Assembly: GCA_003427395.1 (NCBI GenBank)
Contig: BFEA01000042.1
Coordinates: 2,864,787 to 2,928,786, forward strand
DNA: 64,000 bases
Reading direction: 5' to 3'
Origin: Chara braunii
Taxonomy: Eukaryota; Plantae; Charophyceae
The notes below the pieces were generated by a model. It searched no databases, had not been told where the DNA came from, and saw only the letters and a list, made by a program, of their open reading frames with translations. A program made the translations under genes and the position numbers. Of this stretch, positions 53,621 to 64,000 are shown piece by piece. The stretch's first letter is position 1, and the number at the start of each line of letters is the position of its first letter.

Positions 53621-54478
53621 TTGTCATGTGCAGAAAGGAGGAACATAGAAGAAGTACGAAGATGCAAACAGGGATGGGCGATCCACTTAGCAACGGATAA
53701 GTTGTCAGAGAAGGAGACGGTCGCGGTACAATATTTACGAGATTCAGTGCAAGCGGAGAATCGGACGGTCTGGACATCCACGTACAACGAGGCAACAAAA
53801 GGAAAACTAACACTAACCGGGCATGATTTCAGCTTGATATTGTTTCAAGGCAATTGGTTGAACACCGAAATAGTTAACTTTTATTTGAACCTCGTTAGGT
53901 TTGACAACATGTGTCGCATAAGCCATCGCGAGTGTGATAGTAGACAAGACGGAACCGTAGTAGAAGGAAAAGGGCGCATCCCGATAACAACAATTTTTAG
54001 TTCCTTCTTTTTCGCGAAATTGTTCGACGACGACATGCAATACCAATATAGCGTAGTACAAAAGTGGATGACAGATATCGATGTGGGTGACGTGGACTTA
54101 ATAATAGCTCCATTCCATATCCGGATGTCCAACCATTGGACACTAGTAATAGCAGACTTGAGGCGTCAGAAAATGAAGTACTACGACTCGCTTACGCCTG
54201 ACAAAGAATTGGCAAGGAAAGTGACAGGTGGTTTCGCAAGATTCTTGTTCGAAACATCGGTTGAACAGGGTAAGGTGGTAGATACAAAAGATTTCAACCA
54301 AATATGGAATGTGTCAGGCATTCCTAGACAGCGCGGCATTAACGAATGCGGTGTGTTTATGCTAACATTTGCGTCACTGTTGGCAAGAGGATTTTTTTCG
54401 CCATTCAACTTCTCTTTCGACGACATCCACAATATAAGGGGACGGATCGCTTTAGATGTACTTGTCATACCAAACTAG
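53621..54478 (+). CDS. Ulp1/C48 SUMO-like cysteine protease (probably transposon-borne)
   Basis: WLNTEIVNFY, FSSFFFAKL, NHWTL (His), YYDSL (Asp), PRQ....ECGVF (Gln, Cys); uninterrupted frame. Confidence 0.93.
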   Translation: MSCAERRNIEEVRRCKQGWAIHLATDKLSEKETVAVQYLRDSVQAENRTVWTSTYNEATKGKLTLTGHDFSLILFQGNWLNTEIVNFYLNLVRFDNMCRISHRECDSRQDGTVVEGKGRIPITTIFSSFFFAKLFDDDMQYQYSVVQKWMTDIDVGDVDLIIAPFHIRMSNHWTLVIADLRRQKMKYYDSLTPDKELARKVTGGFARFLFETSVEQGKVVDTKDFNQIWNVSGIPRQRGINECGVFMLTFASLLARGFFSPFNFSFDDIHNIRGRIALDVLVIPN

Positions 54479-54673
54479 GAGTTACTTGTGCAACAAAGGA
54501 CCTATGATAGACAACAATATTTAAGCAAAACATTTGTTCATTTTGTGCAAATGTATAAAGTTCATTGGCTATGCTGGATAGACACCCATAAACATGTTCG
54601 AATGTATTTAACAAAGCAACAGCGCAACATGCCCGATTGAACACCATTACGGTGTTACTTCAGATGACCTCGT

Positions 54674-54790
54674 ACCCCTTACCCCTTACCCCTTTACCCC
54701 TTACCCCTTACCCCTTACCCCTTACCGATATTACCCCTTACCCCTTCTTACCCCTTACCCCTTTACCCCCGACCCCTGACCCTATACCCA
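54674..54790. repeat. Degenerate (CCCCTTA)n heptamer tract
   Basis: Read directly from the sequence. Confidence 0.85.
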
Positions 54791-57171
54791 TAACAGACTT
54801 CATAAATTACATACAAAAAGCGCAAATAAATGGACGTTCAATTTCATACAAAAAATAAAAAATGTCCGTTTTGATGAAATCGCAGTTCTAGGTCGTCCTC
54901 GGGTCGCTAGGTCGCTTAACTAGGGGGCCTATCCGCTTGTCAATCCATAAGTTTGCCACGGGTGGGCTCCGATACCAACCTCACGCCCAGTGAGACTTCC
55001 TGATCGGAGTGAGATGGGGACCCGGAAGTGCGAAAAAGGGGTGTGCCAAGGATTTTAGGATAGTGGAGGTGGAATTCCAGAGCAGAACTGAAATCTCCTG
55101 TGGCAAGCCTTGGGGTAGTTATGCAAGATAGTAAATGCAAACCGCGTCCGACTTTTATGCTTTAGGGGACGTCATCGCCATCCCCGCGAGTTTCTCCGCC
55201 GAAGCCGGACTCGGATTTGATGAACCGGCGGAACGCTATGTTTGTCGCGTTGCCTAACTATTTGCCCGCGTCACTCGTGACACGCCTCCGAGTCGGACGA
55301 AGCAGGCCTCAGGTGGAGGTTGCGTGCTCGCAATTCGACCTCAGTTTGGGTTCGTCGAACGAACCTTGCGGCTCGATACTCGCTGTCCTGCTGGCATTTG
55401 GAGCACGGGGTTCAAGGCCACTAGGGGCCGAGTGCCTGTCACGGGGCCGTCGTCGGGCAGTGAAAAGGCAACGCAAGGTGGTAGGGAGAAAAGTCTGTCT
55501 CAATGATGACGACACCACGTTCGGCGATGACGTGGCTTACGTGCGAGCTACGTTGCATATAGTACACGTACGGGGGCTTCCTGTACAAAACGTACAGGTT
55601 ATTTCTGTACGGGATCTGTACGGGAACCTGTATGCCTTGTACGCCCCTGTACGAAAAAGCCAAAAAAAAAAAAAAAAAAAAAAAACCGTCATAAAAAAAT
55701 CCGAAAAAAAAAAACATGTGATGCAACAACACAAAACAAGCAACATTTCGCTGAGCATCATCTTCAGATTCTTATTATAATTTGAGAAAAACAATAAAAA
55801 CAATACCGGATTAAAAAAAAAAAAAAAAACTAGTACGGGGCCCCTAGGGTACTAGTAGCGTACGAGTACAAGAGTACGAGTCCGTACTCGTACGAGGGTG
55901 CATACAAGTGGCGACGTAGCGTGCGAGCTGGTGAACTGGGAGGGAAGAGGGATCGCTCTTAGGGCCCGTTCGATATCCCACTCGGCAGACACGTTCGTTT
56001 CTCGTCTGAAAGGGGAACTTTGGAGGGTTGCGGAGGGGTTGTGCGAGAAGACAGTCGTTTTTCCACTCCCAGTATTCTCGAAACCATCGGTGTCTCAGGC
56101 TTTCCCGATCCGTGACGTGAAAGGGAATCCCATCATCCATGCTACCTGAGTTTTGCGAGTTTAGACATGGACTCAAGTGTGGGTCTTGTGGACACGCGTG
56201 CAGGCGAGGTTTGTTTTGATCGAGCCTGCTCGCGTGCGCACGAGACCACGTATGCGATCAGTTGGATCGGGTCGACCGATTATCCCTTTGGTCGGGAGAT
56301 TGTTTGATCTGTGGTTATGCTAGCCCGTGTGCGCGTTAAGAAACAGACAATAAGGAGGTAATATGCGGACAATCACGCAATTGAATCAGCCATCCATCCA
56401 TTTACTAGAGCACACGTCAGTGGGAACCACCGAGGGCTCCTTAGATCGTTTTATGGAACGGGAAAATTGATGTGCGTACTCAAGCATCGATCAAACGCAT
56501 GCATTAATCAAACATAAACAAGAGATCGACAAAGGTGTGCGTATTTGGCCCTGTCATCGAGGAGGCCTTCATCATCGTAACCCAAGCAAATAAACGTCGT
56601 GCCTAACCTCACCAATCTACAATGAAACAGGGATCAGAGGAGGGGGGGGGGGGGATTCGAGGCCACTTGTCAAAACTTTCTTAGTGAGAAAAAGAAGGTC
56701 ACCATCCCACAAAAAAGATCCGAAGTTCGACAATTCCACAATATGCATGAGGAGCGCATCCAACCCGAGCACAGAGCGGGGAGAGTTGAGTCACACTAGT
56801 CATCCAAGGATTACACGAGAAGGGGCACGAGTTCACTCCACACATACCTACCATAAGTAGAAAGTCCAAATGATCCGCAGGGAAAAAAAAAATGGTCGTA
56901 ACAAGACCGGCCAAGGTTGGAATCAAAATTTATACAGAGGGGTAGAGGAAGACAACATCCCACGCACACATTTCTCTCTNNNNNNNNNNNNNNNNNNNNN
57001 NNNNNNNNNNNNNNNNNNNNNNNNNNNNNNNNNNNNNNNNNNNNNNNNNNNNNNNNNNNNNNNNNNNNNNNNNNNNNNNNNNNNNNNNNNNNNNNNNNNN
57101 NNNNNNNNNNNNNNNNNNNNNNNNNNNNNNNNNNNNNNNNNNNNNNNNNNNNNNNNNNNNNNNNNNNNNNN

Positions 57172-57204
<33 letters not shown>

Positions 57205-57359
57205 CACCACATCACCTCCGATGCAGGCAGTCCGTGGCCTCGCACCGACTCCGAGTCGTCACCCCGCTTAGTCCGATTACGCAAGCCAAGTCCGCCCATG
57301 TGTCACAGTCCATCGTGGCCTGCACGTCAACCCCGCCTACTCGGCACCAGCTCGTCAGG

Positions 57360-58010
57360 TCGCCCGACTCACATCTGTTCACCTTCTTACTTACTTGTTA
57401 GTCGATCCCCACTAACCGCACTAACTTCCAAATTCTGAGAGAGCAAACTAATCACGCTTGCGAAATTTATAGCGTGCATGCTTCCTCGATGAACTCGGGA
57501 TTATGCTTAAGTGAGGGGAAGGAAGTGCCTACGCTTGCGTGGCCAGCCCGCGGCGTGGGGGATGCAGCCGCACTCCACGCATCGATCTGGTTATGCAGTC
57601 GCTCAGGCCAATCAGGGTGGAGGACGAGGTATGCACGACAGAAGAGAAGAAGGCGGGGAAACACGAGAGAATCAAGAAGAAGGAATACAGTTACAATCGC
57701 ACCCGCCAAAAATTACAGTTACATGCAGGATTAAGGCCGCGATACAGTCAGAGCCCAGTTCCCGCTGCGGTGAAGGGTGCGTGAGCAAGAAGCGCGGCGC
57801 AACAAGATTTCAGAGCACCTAAATTCCTAGTCTAAATCCTACTTGCAAAAAGGAATTCCAAAAAGAAGCTTAAGGAAACAATCTCAAGAGCCCGTCACCC
57901 GTTGCGAATTTGAAAACGACATTCCTGCACGCTAATCGCGCCAAAATTCCCATCTCCCACAGCAGAACAAGAAAGAAGCTATGGCAACCGTTACTTATCG
58001 CGCTCACCAC
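57360..58010. repeat. Diverged ~650-bp repeat, inverted relative to 61310-61940
   Basis: For example AAAAATTACAGTTACATGCAGGATTAAGG versus CCTTAATCCTGCATGTAACTGTAATTTTT. Confidence 0.8.
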
Positions 58011-61000
58011 GGCGCGGTCACTCAATCGTCGTCGCGGGACCTTCCCGGCCCTGGTTCCGACAACAAAAAGATAGAGGCGAGGGTATCCATGCAACTTGCC
58101 CGGCCAACCCCTATCTTCCACCCGACCAACCAGTCTCCAACCCCCGAAGCCGCTTCGCGCAGAAAGTCGTGTGATTGCAGAGAATAGTTTGTCACAGCCA
58201 AGTACTGGTGGTTTTATATGGTTTCCCGCCTGAACCAAAAGGGCCAAAGCATACGACAAAACGGATTTCACGTCAAAGAAAAAATCTACAAAACGAGCCA
58301 ATCTAATTATAGGTTTTTTTCCTGTATTTCGGTACCATTAGATTCGCAATACATCAACATCAAAGGCTTGAGCTCCATCCCACCAATGCATGCGACACGT
58401 GATAGAAAGCTCAGGGTTGAGAGAACTGAACTTGGGCGGTGGGACTTCACCCCTGAATTGGCAGCTCCCTGCTGTTGTATTAAATTTTTTGCCTTGTGCA
58501 CTGGGCCTTGATAAAACTAGTGTTCATGTAGGGAAAAAAAAAAAAAAAAGAGAAACAGATATTATTGCGGGAACAAAAAAAAATTTCAGCTGCATGTCTA
58601 GCTCATGCGGTGCACTATTCTTTCACCTTTTACTAAAGGATACTGTGGGCTCAGCACACTGAGCAGCTTACAACAATATTTTACCACCCTTCTCTCTGTC
58701 CAAGGGATAATAAAAAAAATAATAATAAAAAATCAATGTGTGCCTAGTGACCGGCCTCTACAACACCAGGAACAGATAGGAGGAAGGATTCTACGGTTTT
58801 GGGCTGTAGGTAGTGTGGGGTGGCGGGACCCAGGGTAGCCTAGGGGAGATCGGATGCATCAAGGGGTTCTGGAGGTGCTTGATAGTGGGAGAGGTCACTT
58901 AGGATGGGTGCATTACAGGGATGGCGCGTTGTGATAGGGGGAGAAAGGGGTTGGAATAAGTTGGACCCCCATGCACTGCCAGGTGGTGTTGTATGACTCC
59001 TCGGGATTCATTGAAGAGGTTTGTTAAAAAAAACAAAAAAGGTTTTGGACCCTTCGGTTCTTTTTCGACTTAAAATTTTCTTTTCTGAGCATCACACAAT
59101 AGTGACTTGGTGTCGCAATACTAGGGTTATTGTTCGGAAAATGAGGAAGGAGAGAGAACGAGTCCATGGCTTTGGTCTGTCCTAGTCGCTACTAACTGGG
59201 TGGCAATACCCAAGAAGGCAAGGGAAAGGGAAGAGGGGGGGTTGGATGCATCCAGGGGGACCCTTGATAGGGGGGAAGGTTATTGAGGAAGGGGTGGCCC
59301 AGGTACGCTTTAATAGGCGGAATTCAAAGGGGTTCAAATAAGTTGGAGTGGGTGACCAAGTGCAACGGAGTTCGACCCCTATGCAGGTGGTCCCCGCATG
59401 TCATTGACGCCTAAGGCCTCCTGATTTATGGTAGACGTTTTGCAGGTTTATAGTTCTGAAAGTCAGGACGGAGAAGAAATGAGCCCATGGTTTGCGTCTG
59501 TGGGTAGCTGGGGTTGGTGGGACCCAGATAGGGAAATTCAATTCAAAGTGCACGGGAAAAGGCCAGCCTTCCCACCAGGCAAAGCCTCAATCCCGGTGGT
59601 TCTCTTACAACCACCAGGATAGAGGCCTTGCGCAAGGGCCTTTCAAAAAAAAAAAAAAAAAAAAANNNNNNNNNNNNNNNNNNNNNNNNNNNNNNNNNNN
59701 NNNNNNNNNNNNNNNNNNNNNNNNNNNNNNNNNNNNNNNNNNNNNNNNNNNNNNNNNNNNNNNNNNNNNNNNNNNNNNNNNNNNNNNNNNNNNNNNNNNN
59801 NNNNNNNNNNNNNNNNNNNNNNNNNNNNNNNNNNNNNNNNNNNNNNNNNNNNNNNNNNNNNNNNNNNNNNNNNNNNNNNNNNNNNNNNNNNNNNNNNNNN
59901 NNNNNNNNNNNNNNNNNNNNNNNNNNNNNNNAAGAATATAAAAAATGGCGCCGCTGTTATGGTGTGAGTTTCGAAAATTAATGTGCAAGTTTAGTGGGGG
60001 TCTAAAACTCCGCAAGTCATTACCCGCAGTGGTGCTTGGCAGATTTAGGGGTGTCGCCTTTTTTGCTCCTTTTCGGGAACTGCTAATTTCCGGGGGTTGC
60101 CTATTCTGAACATCGGGTGTGATTCCAACATACTTGCCCCTTTTTTTTGTGCCACTGGGCGGTCTAGCATCCCATCAAAAGTACAATGATTACTGCCAGT
60201 GCTTCACAGTGACCGTGGTAAATAGGTAAGGGACACCGGACCCGTCGTCCGGCTATCAAAAGAATGGTCATTTTGTTTTGGGGGGGGAAAAAAGAGCTCA
60301 TCACTTTCTCTGTTTTGGCGGAGTTATCTTAGGCCTGGACCCCACAGGGAGAAACCATGGAAAACCCGTGTGGAAAGCTTATCTTGGACTCCATGGGACA
60401 AAGCAGGCCCTCTGGATAGCCTATTTCAGGACGGTGGGGAGGTTTTCCAGGAACCCCACAGCCTGGAAAACGGCATCTGGAAAAGCCACAATTTTTGTTT
60501 TCACATCTGTTTCCGGTCAGAAAGTGGCTGTGGAGGAGTTTCCACCGCATTTTTGTGCCCTTTCCAGAGAGTAAGGGGGGGGGGCATGTCCATAGTTGGA
60601 AACTCTCGCCAACCCACCAGCCCATCCATTGTCCGCTCGAAGCCGTCCCCTGGTCCACTGGACAGGGCTACTGACGTGCTGTTGCCGCGCAATAGGGAAC
60701 GACAACCAAAACAGGTGCAAGGCCCTAAGTTGGAACAGACATCAGCGACCACAATCCGGTCCATCTCCACTTTCCAGCCTTTGCAAGCTCGTGGAAACTG
60801 GCTTTTCCAGCCACTCCGGTGAGGTCCCGTCATTCTGCAGGCAAACTCTTCCGAACACTCTTCCACAGAAAGTTACCCGAAACTGGTCACTTTTCCAACA
60901 CTATTCCTGTGGGGTCCAGGCCTTATCGGCTGCAGGGGCTGGGATATGTTTGGATGGTGGTCCATGGGATTCGAAGTTAGTGCACTTTATGTAGGTGGGG

Positions 61001-61309
61001 TATACCTCTCTCTCTTGACCTATTGTAGAGACTTGTAGGCTCATTAGAGTTCTAAAAGTGAGGAAGTTGATTGGTTTGGTTGACGTTGACTCTAGTATTC
61101 AAGTGAAAAGAGAAGAACCCTTGACTTTATTACGGGAAAATTTCTGCAACCGCGCAATTTTCTGCGCAAAAGTACTTCGGGGGCCGAATTGAGATTGAAT
61201 CAGGATGGCCTGGTGAATTGCATGAGTGCCCGAGCTTTCCTTGTTTTTCTCCTTGGGACCAGGGTAATCTTGTGACGGTTGGCAGCTGATCGCACCTTAG
61301 CGAGCGAGG

Positions 61310-61940
61310 AAGATAAGTGCTGGAATAGCTTCTTTCTTGTTCTGCTGTGGGAAATCGGAATTTTGGCGTGATCGTCGCGCGGGAAAATCTTTTTGAATTT
61401 TCAACTGATGTCGAGCCACCGTGGGCTCTTGGAAATTGTCTCGTTCGGAATTTCTTTTTGCAATGAGGATTTAGATTAGGAATTTAGGCGCATCTCAATT
61501 TCTGCGGCACGGCACTTCTTGCTTGCGCACGCTTTGCCGCGCCAAGATCGGTGCTCTGACTTCTCCTCGCCTTAATCCTGCATGTAACTGTAATTTTTGT
61601 TTTGGCAGGCATAATCGCAACTGTAATCCTCACGTTCTTGATATCGTTTGTGGCGCCCCTGTGCGCGCGTACTTCCTCCTCAGAGTCCTCTGTCTTATTG
61701 GCCTGAACGCTTGCATGACCGGATCAATGTGTGGAGTGAGGCTACGTCCCCCACACCGCGGCCTGGACACGCAGACGTAGGCACTTCCTTCTTCCTCCCT
61801 TCTTCCCCTTCAGACCCAATCCTGAGTATCGCTCGCACGCATACACGATTAACTTGCTCTCGAAGAATTATGGAAGTTAGCGCGGTCGAGAGGATCGGCT
61901 AACGAGAAAGATTTGGAAGGTGAGTAGACAGTTGGGCGAT
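61310..61940. repeat. Inverted copy of 57360-58010
   Basis: Collinear reverse-complement similarity. Confidence 0.8.
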
Positions 61941-62339
61941 CACAGTACTTTTTTTTTTCTTCTTCTTTTCTATTCTTGATCTCTTTCTTATTACAAAAAA
62001 AAAAAAAAAAAAACATAAAATCGAAGAAGACAAAGAACTGTCAACAAAAAATCCCCCCCCCCAAAAAAAAAACTCTTTTTTTTTGTTTTTTTTCTTTAAT
62101 TTATTCTCCCCATCTTTTCTGTTTTTTATTTTTTATAATTCCAAAAAATTCATTGTTTCCGAAAAACAAAATATGGTGTAACCCCCCTTTTTTTTTCTTT
62201 TTTTTTGCCTATTACTTTTTACGGGAAAAATCATATAAATTTGTGGCTGCGGTGCGGCTGACCCCAGCCAAAGATGCGGCCATGAACATGGCCGCCCTCC
62301 GAGCCCGACCCCACGGCCATGGCCACAGGGGATACATAG

Positions 62340-63672
62340 GCGACCATCTAAGCATCTTCCTCTCAGATGGTCACGTATTCTTCCGGGGTCACGCCATCAT
62401 TGATATCCTGCCAACACAATGGTTTCTCGTCGATTTTGCTTATGAGCTCGTAGGATGTAGAGTCGTCACGTCCACGGGGTTCCAAAGCTTCGCATTCAGC
62501 CCCCTGCCGTAGTAATTGCACCTCCTTTCCGGAAGACAGCAAGGAACGAGGTAGCCCTGTGATGTCACAAAATGCTCCCTTATCTCTATATCTCGAGAGG
62601 AGCGGGGCAATGGCCTTGTATAGGGTCCGAGGGGGTTCCGAAGTGTCGAGCATCCGGGATATTTGTACGAGTGGTTCCCCTAAGATTAACACGCGTGCTC
62701 GTTGTAGATTTCTTTCTGTAAGGACGAACGTTTTGTGGTCTTTTGCGGACGGGGTAACGAATCAGTTGCTGAGCCATATCGTGTATCACAAGATCAGCTT
62801 CGTCTCTGCTGTCAGAGTCACTCGATAATTTCAATTCCTTTCCTCTTTAATCTGATTTGTGGATTGGTTCTTTCCAGGTGATCACCCAGAGGGGTCCTTT
62901 GATTCCAGGCGGGGGTTTTTGAGTCGAGGGCAGCCTGGTCCGAAGAGTCAGCCGCATCGGAACAACGTACGGTTTTCCGCCCGTGTTCCAAAGGATGACG
63001 GATCGCCTCTCAAAATCCAGGTTCGCCCACAATGTTGTGAGGGTTGGTAATTTCAGAAGGACATCGTAGGTGTTCACATCTAATACTATAACATCTCCTA
63101 GTGCGTGAACTTTTCATAATCGAAACACGACGTTCGTCATTTTTCCTACCACTTTGATTTTCTCTTCGTCCGTTGAGACGAGATGATCCCCTTCCATCAA
63201 GGTGATCAAATTCTTCCTTCTTCCTGCTCGTTAAACGACTCTCAATAAAATAGCCAGTACCGCGGCCCCTGAATCGATAACATCGTTGTAAGGGATTCCT
63301 CATACCTCAATATCGCATTCCGCTGATTTCCACGGAATCACTTTAATTCGCAAAAGATGACAATCGTTTTGGAGTATTCCTAACCGTATTGGGTCCGAAG
63401 TACTAGGAACGTTCGGCCCATCTTCGAGGGTCGGGGCTTTTCCTTTCGGGGCCACCGATTTGGCGAGAGCAAATCGTTTCCTGTTTGCTTTGCAATGCTG
63501 TAGCATGCGCTCATTGGCTTGCTCCGATATGGACAACAGGTGTCCGATGGGCAAAGGAATTCGATGATCTAGAGCTCAGACGATGGTTAATACGTCGATC
63601 TCTCCACTAACGAAGGTAGGACCTCCCGACTCCATTTCTCTCGGAGAAAGTCTCCATTCGGCCATCTCACAC
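62340..63672 (-). pseudogene. Ty3/gypsy gag-protease remnant
   Basis: VIDSGAAVLAI (DSGA at 63264-63275) and YDVLL.LP retropepsin motifs; many stops. Confidence 0.7.
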
Positions 63673-63933
63673 CTATGTGACACCCGCGGCCTAGGCCGCA
63701 GGCATTTCGACTGCTGCGACCGAAAAATTCGGTCGCGGCCATGACCAATGAGGCTCAGTCCCCAGCCTGATTAAAAAAAAAAAAAAATTGCCACTAAAAA
63801 TACGTTAAAAAAAATATAGATATATATATACAGGGTTGCCGGCGTTCGGGACGAGCCGAACGCCCAAACCCGAGTGCCCGAACGTTTGGCACCCCCTCTC
63901 GACGCGTTCGGCCATTCGGACGAAAGCAGATAA

Positions 63934-64000
<67 letters not shown>
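63673..64000. mobile_element. End of the hAT-like family (CTATGTGACACC) with a second hAT-like end (CAGGGTTGCC, 63831) nested inside
   Basis: Reverse complement of the terminus at 3767; the nested end resembles 12537-13322. Confidence 0.7.

Overview
Repeat-dense eukaryotic nuclear scaffold with assembly gaps. The plastid insert and transposon landscape suggest a green plant, probably a streptophyte alga such as Chara (inference). Main contents in order: (1) a decayed Penelope-like retroelement with an N-terminal GIY-YIG domain, split by a non-autonomous hAT insertion. (2) A minus-strand host gene missed by the ORF track: 8 micro-exons, ~129 aa, over 11 kb. Its introns hold MITEs, a Penelope 3' fragment with an intact hammerhead ribozyme, and a mosaic plastid insertion (trnL-UAA/psbZ/rbcL). 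(3) A ~19.6-kb gag-only LTR retroelement with ~7-kb LTRs, a tRNA-Asp PBS and a CCGG TSD, inserted into the gag of another Ty3/gypsy element. Its LTRs carry a regularly interspaced 21-bp motif array. (4) A decayed ~5.5-kb gene with a ParB/Srx-like domain and a degenerate beta-class N4/N6 DNA-methyltransferase-like domain, followed by an intact Ulp1 SUMO-protease ORF. This is probably transposon cargo and is the most unusual locus. (5) Gypsy protease remnants and more hAT ends. All domain calls are by-eye motif recognition; no searches were run.
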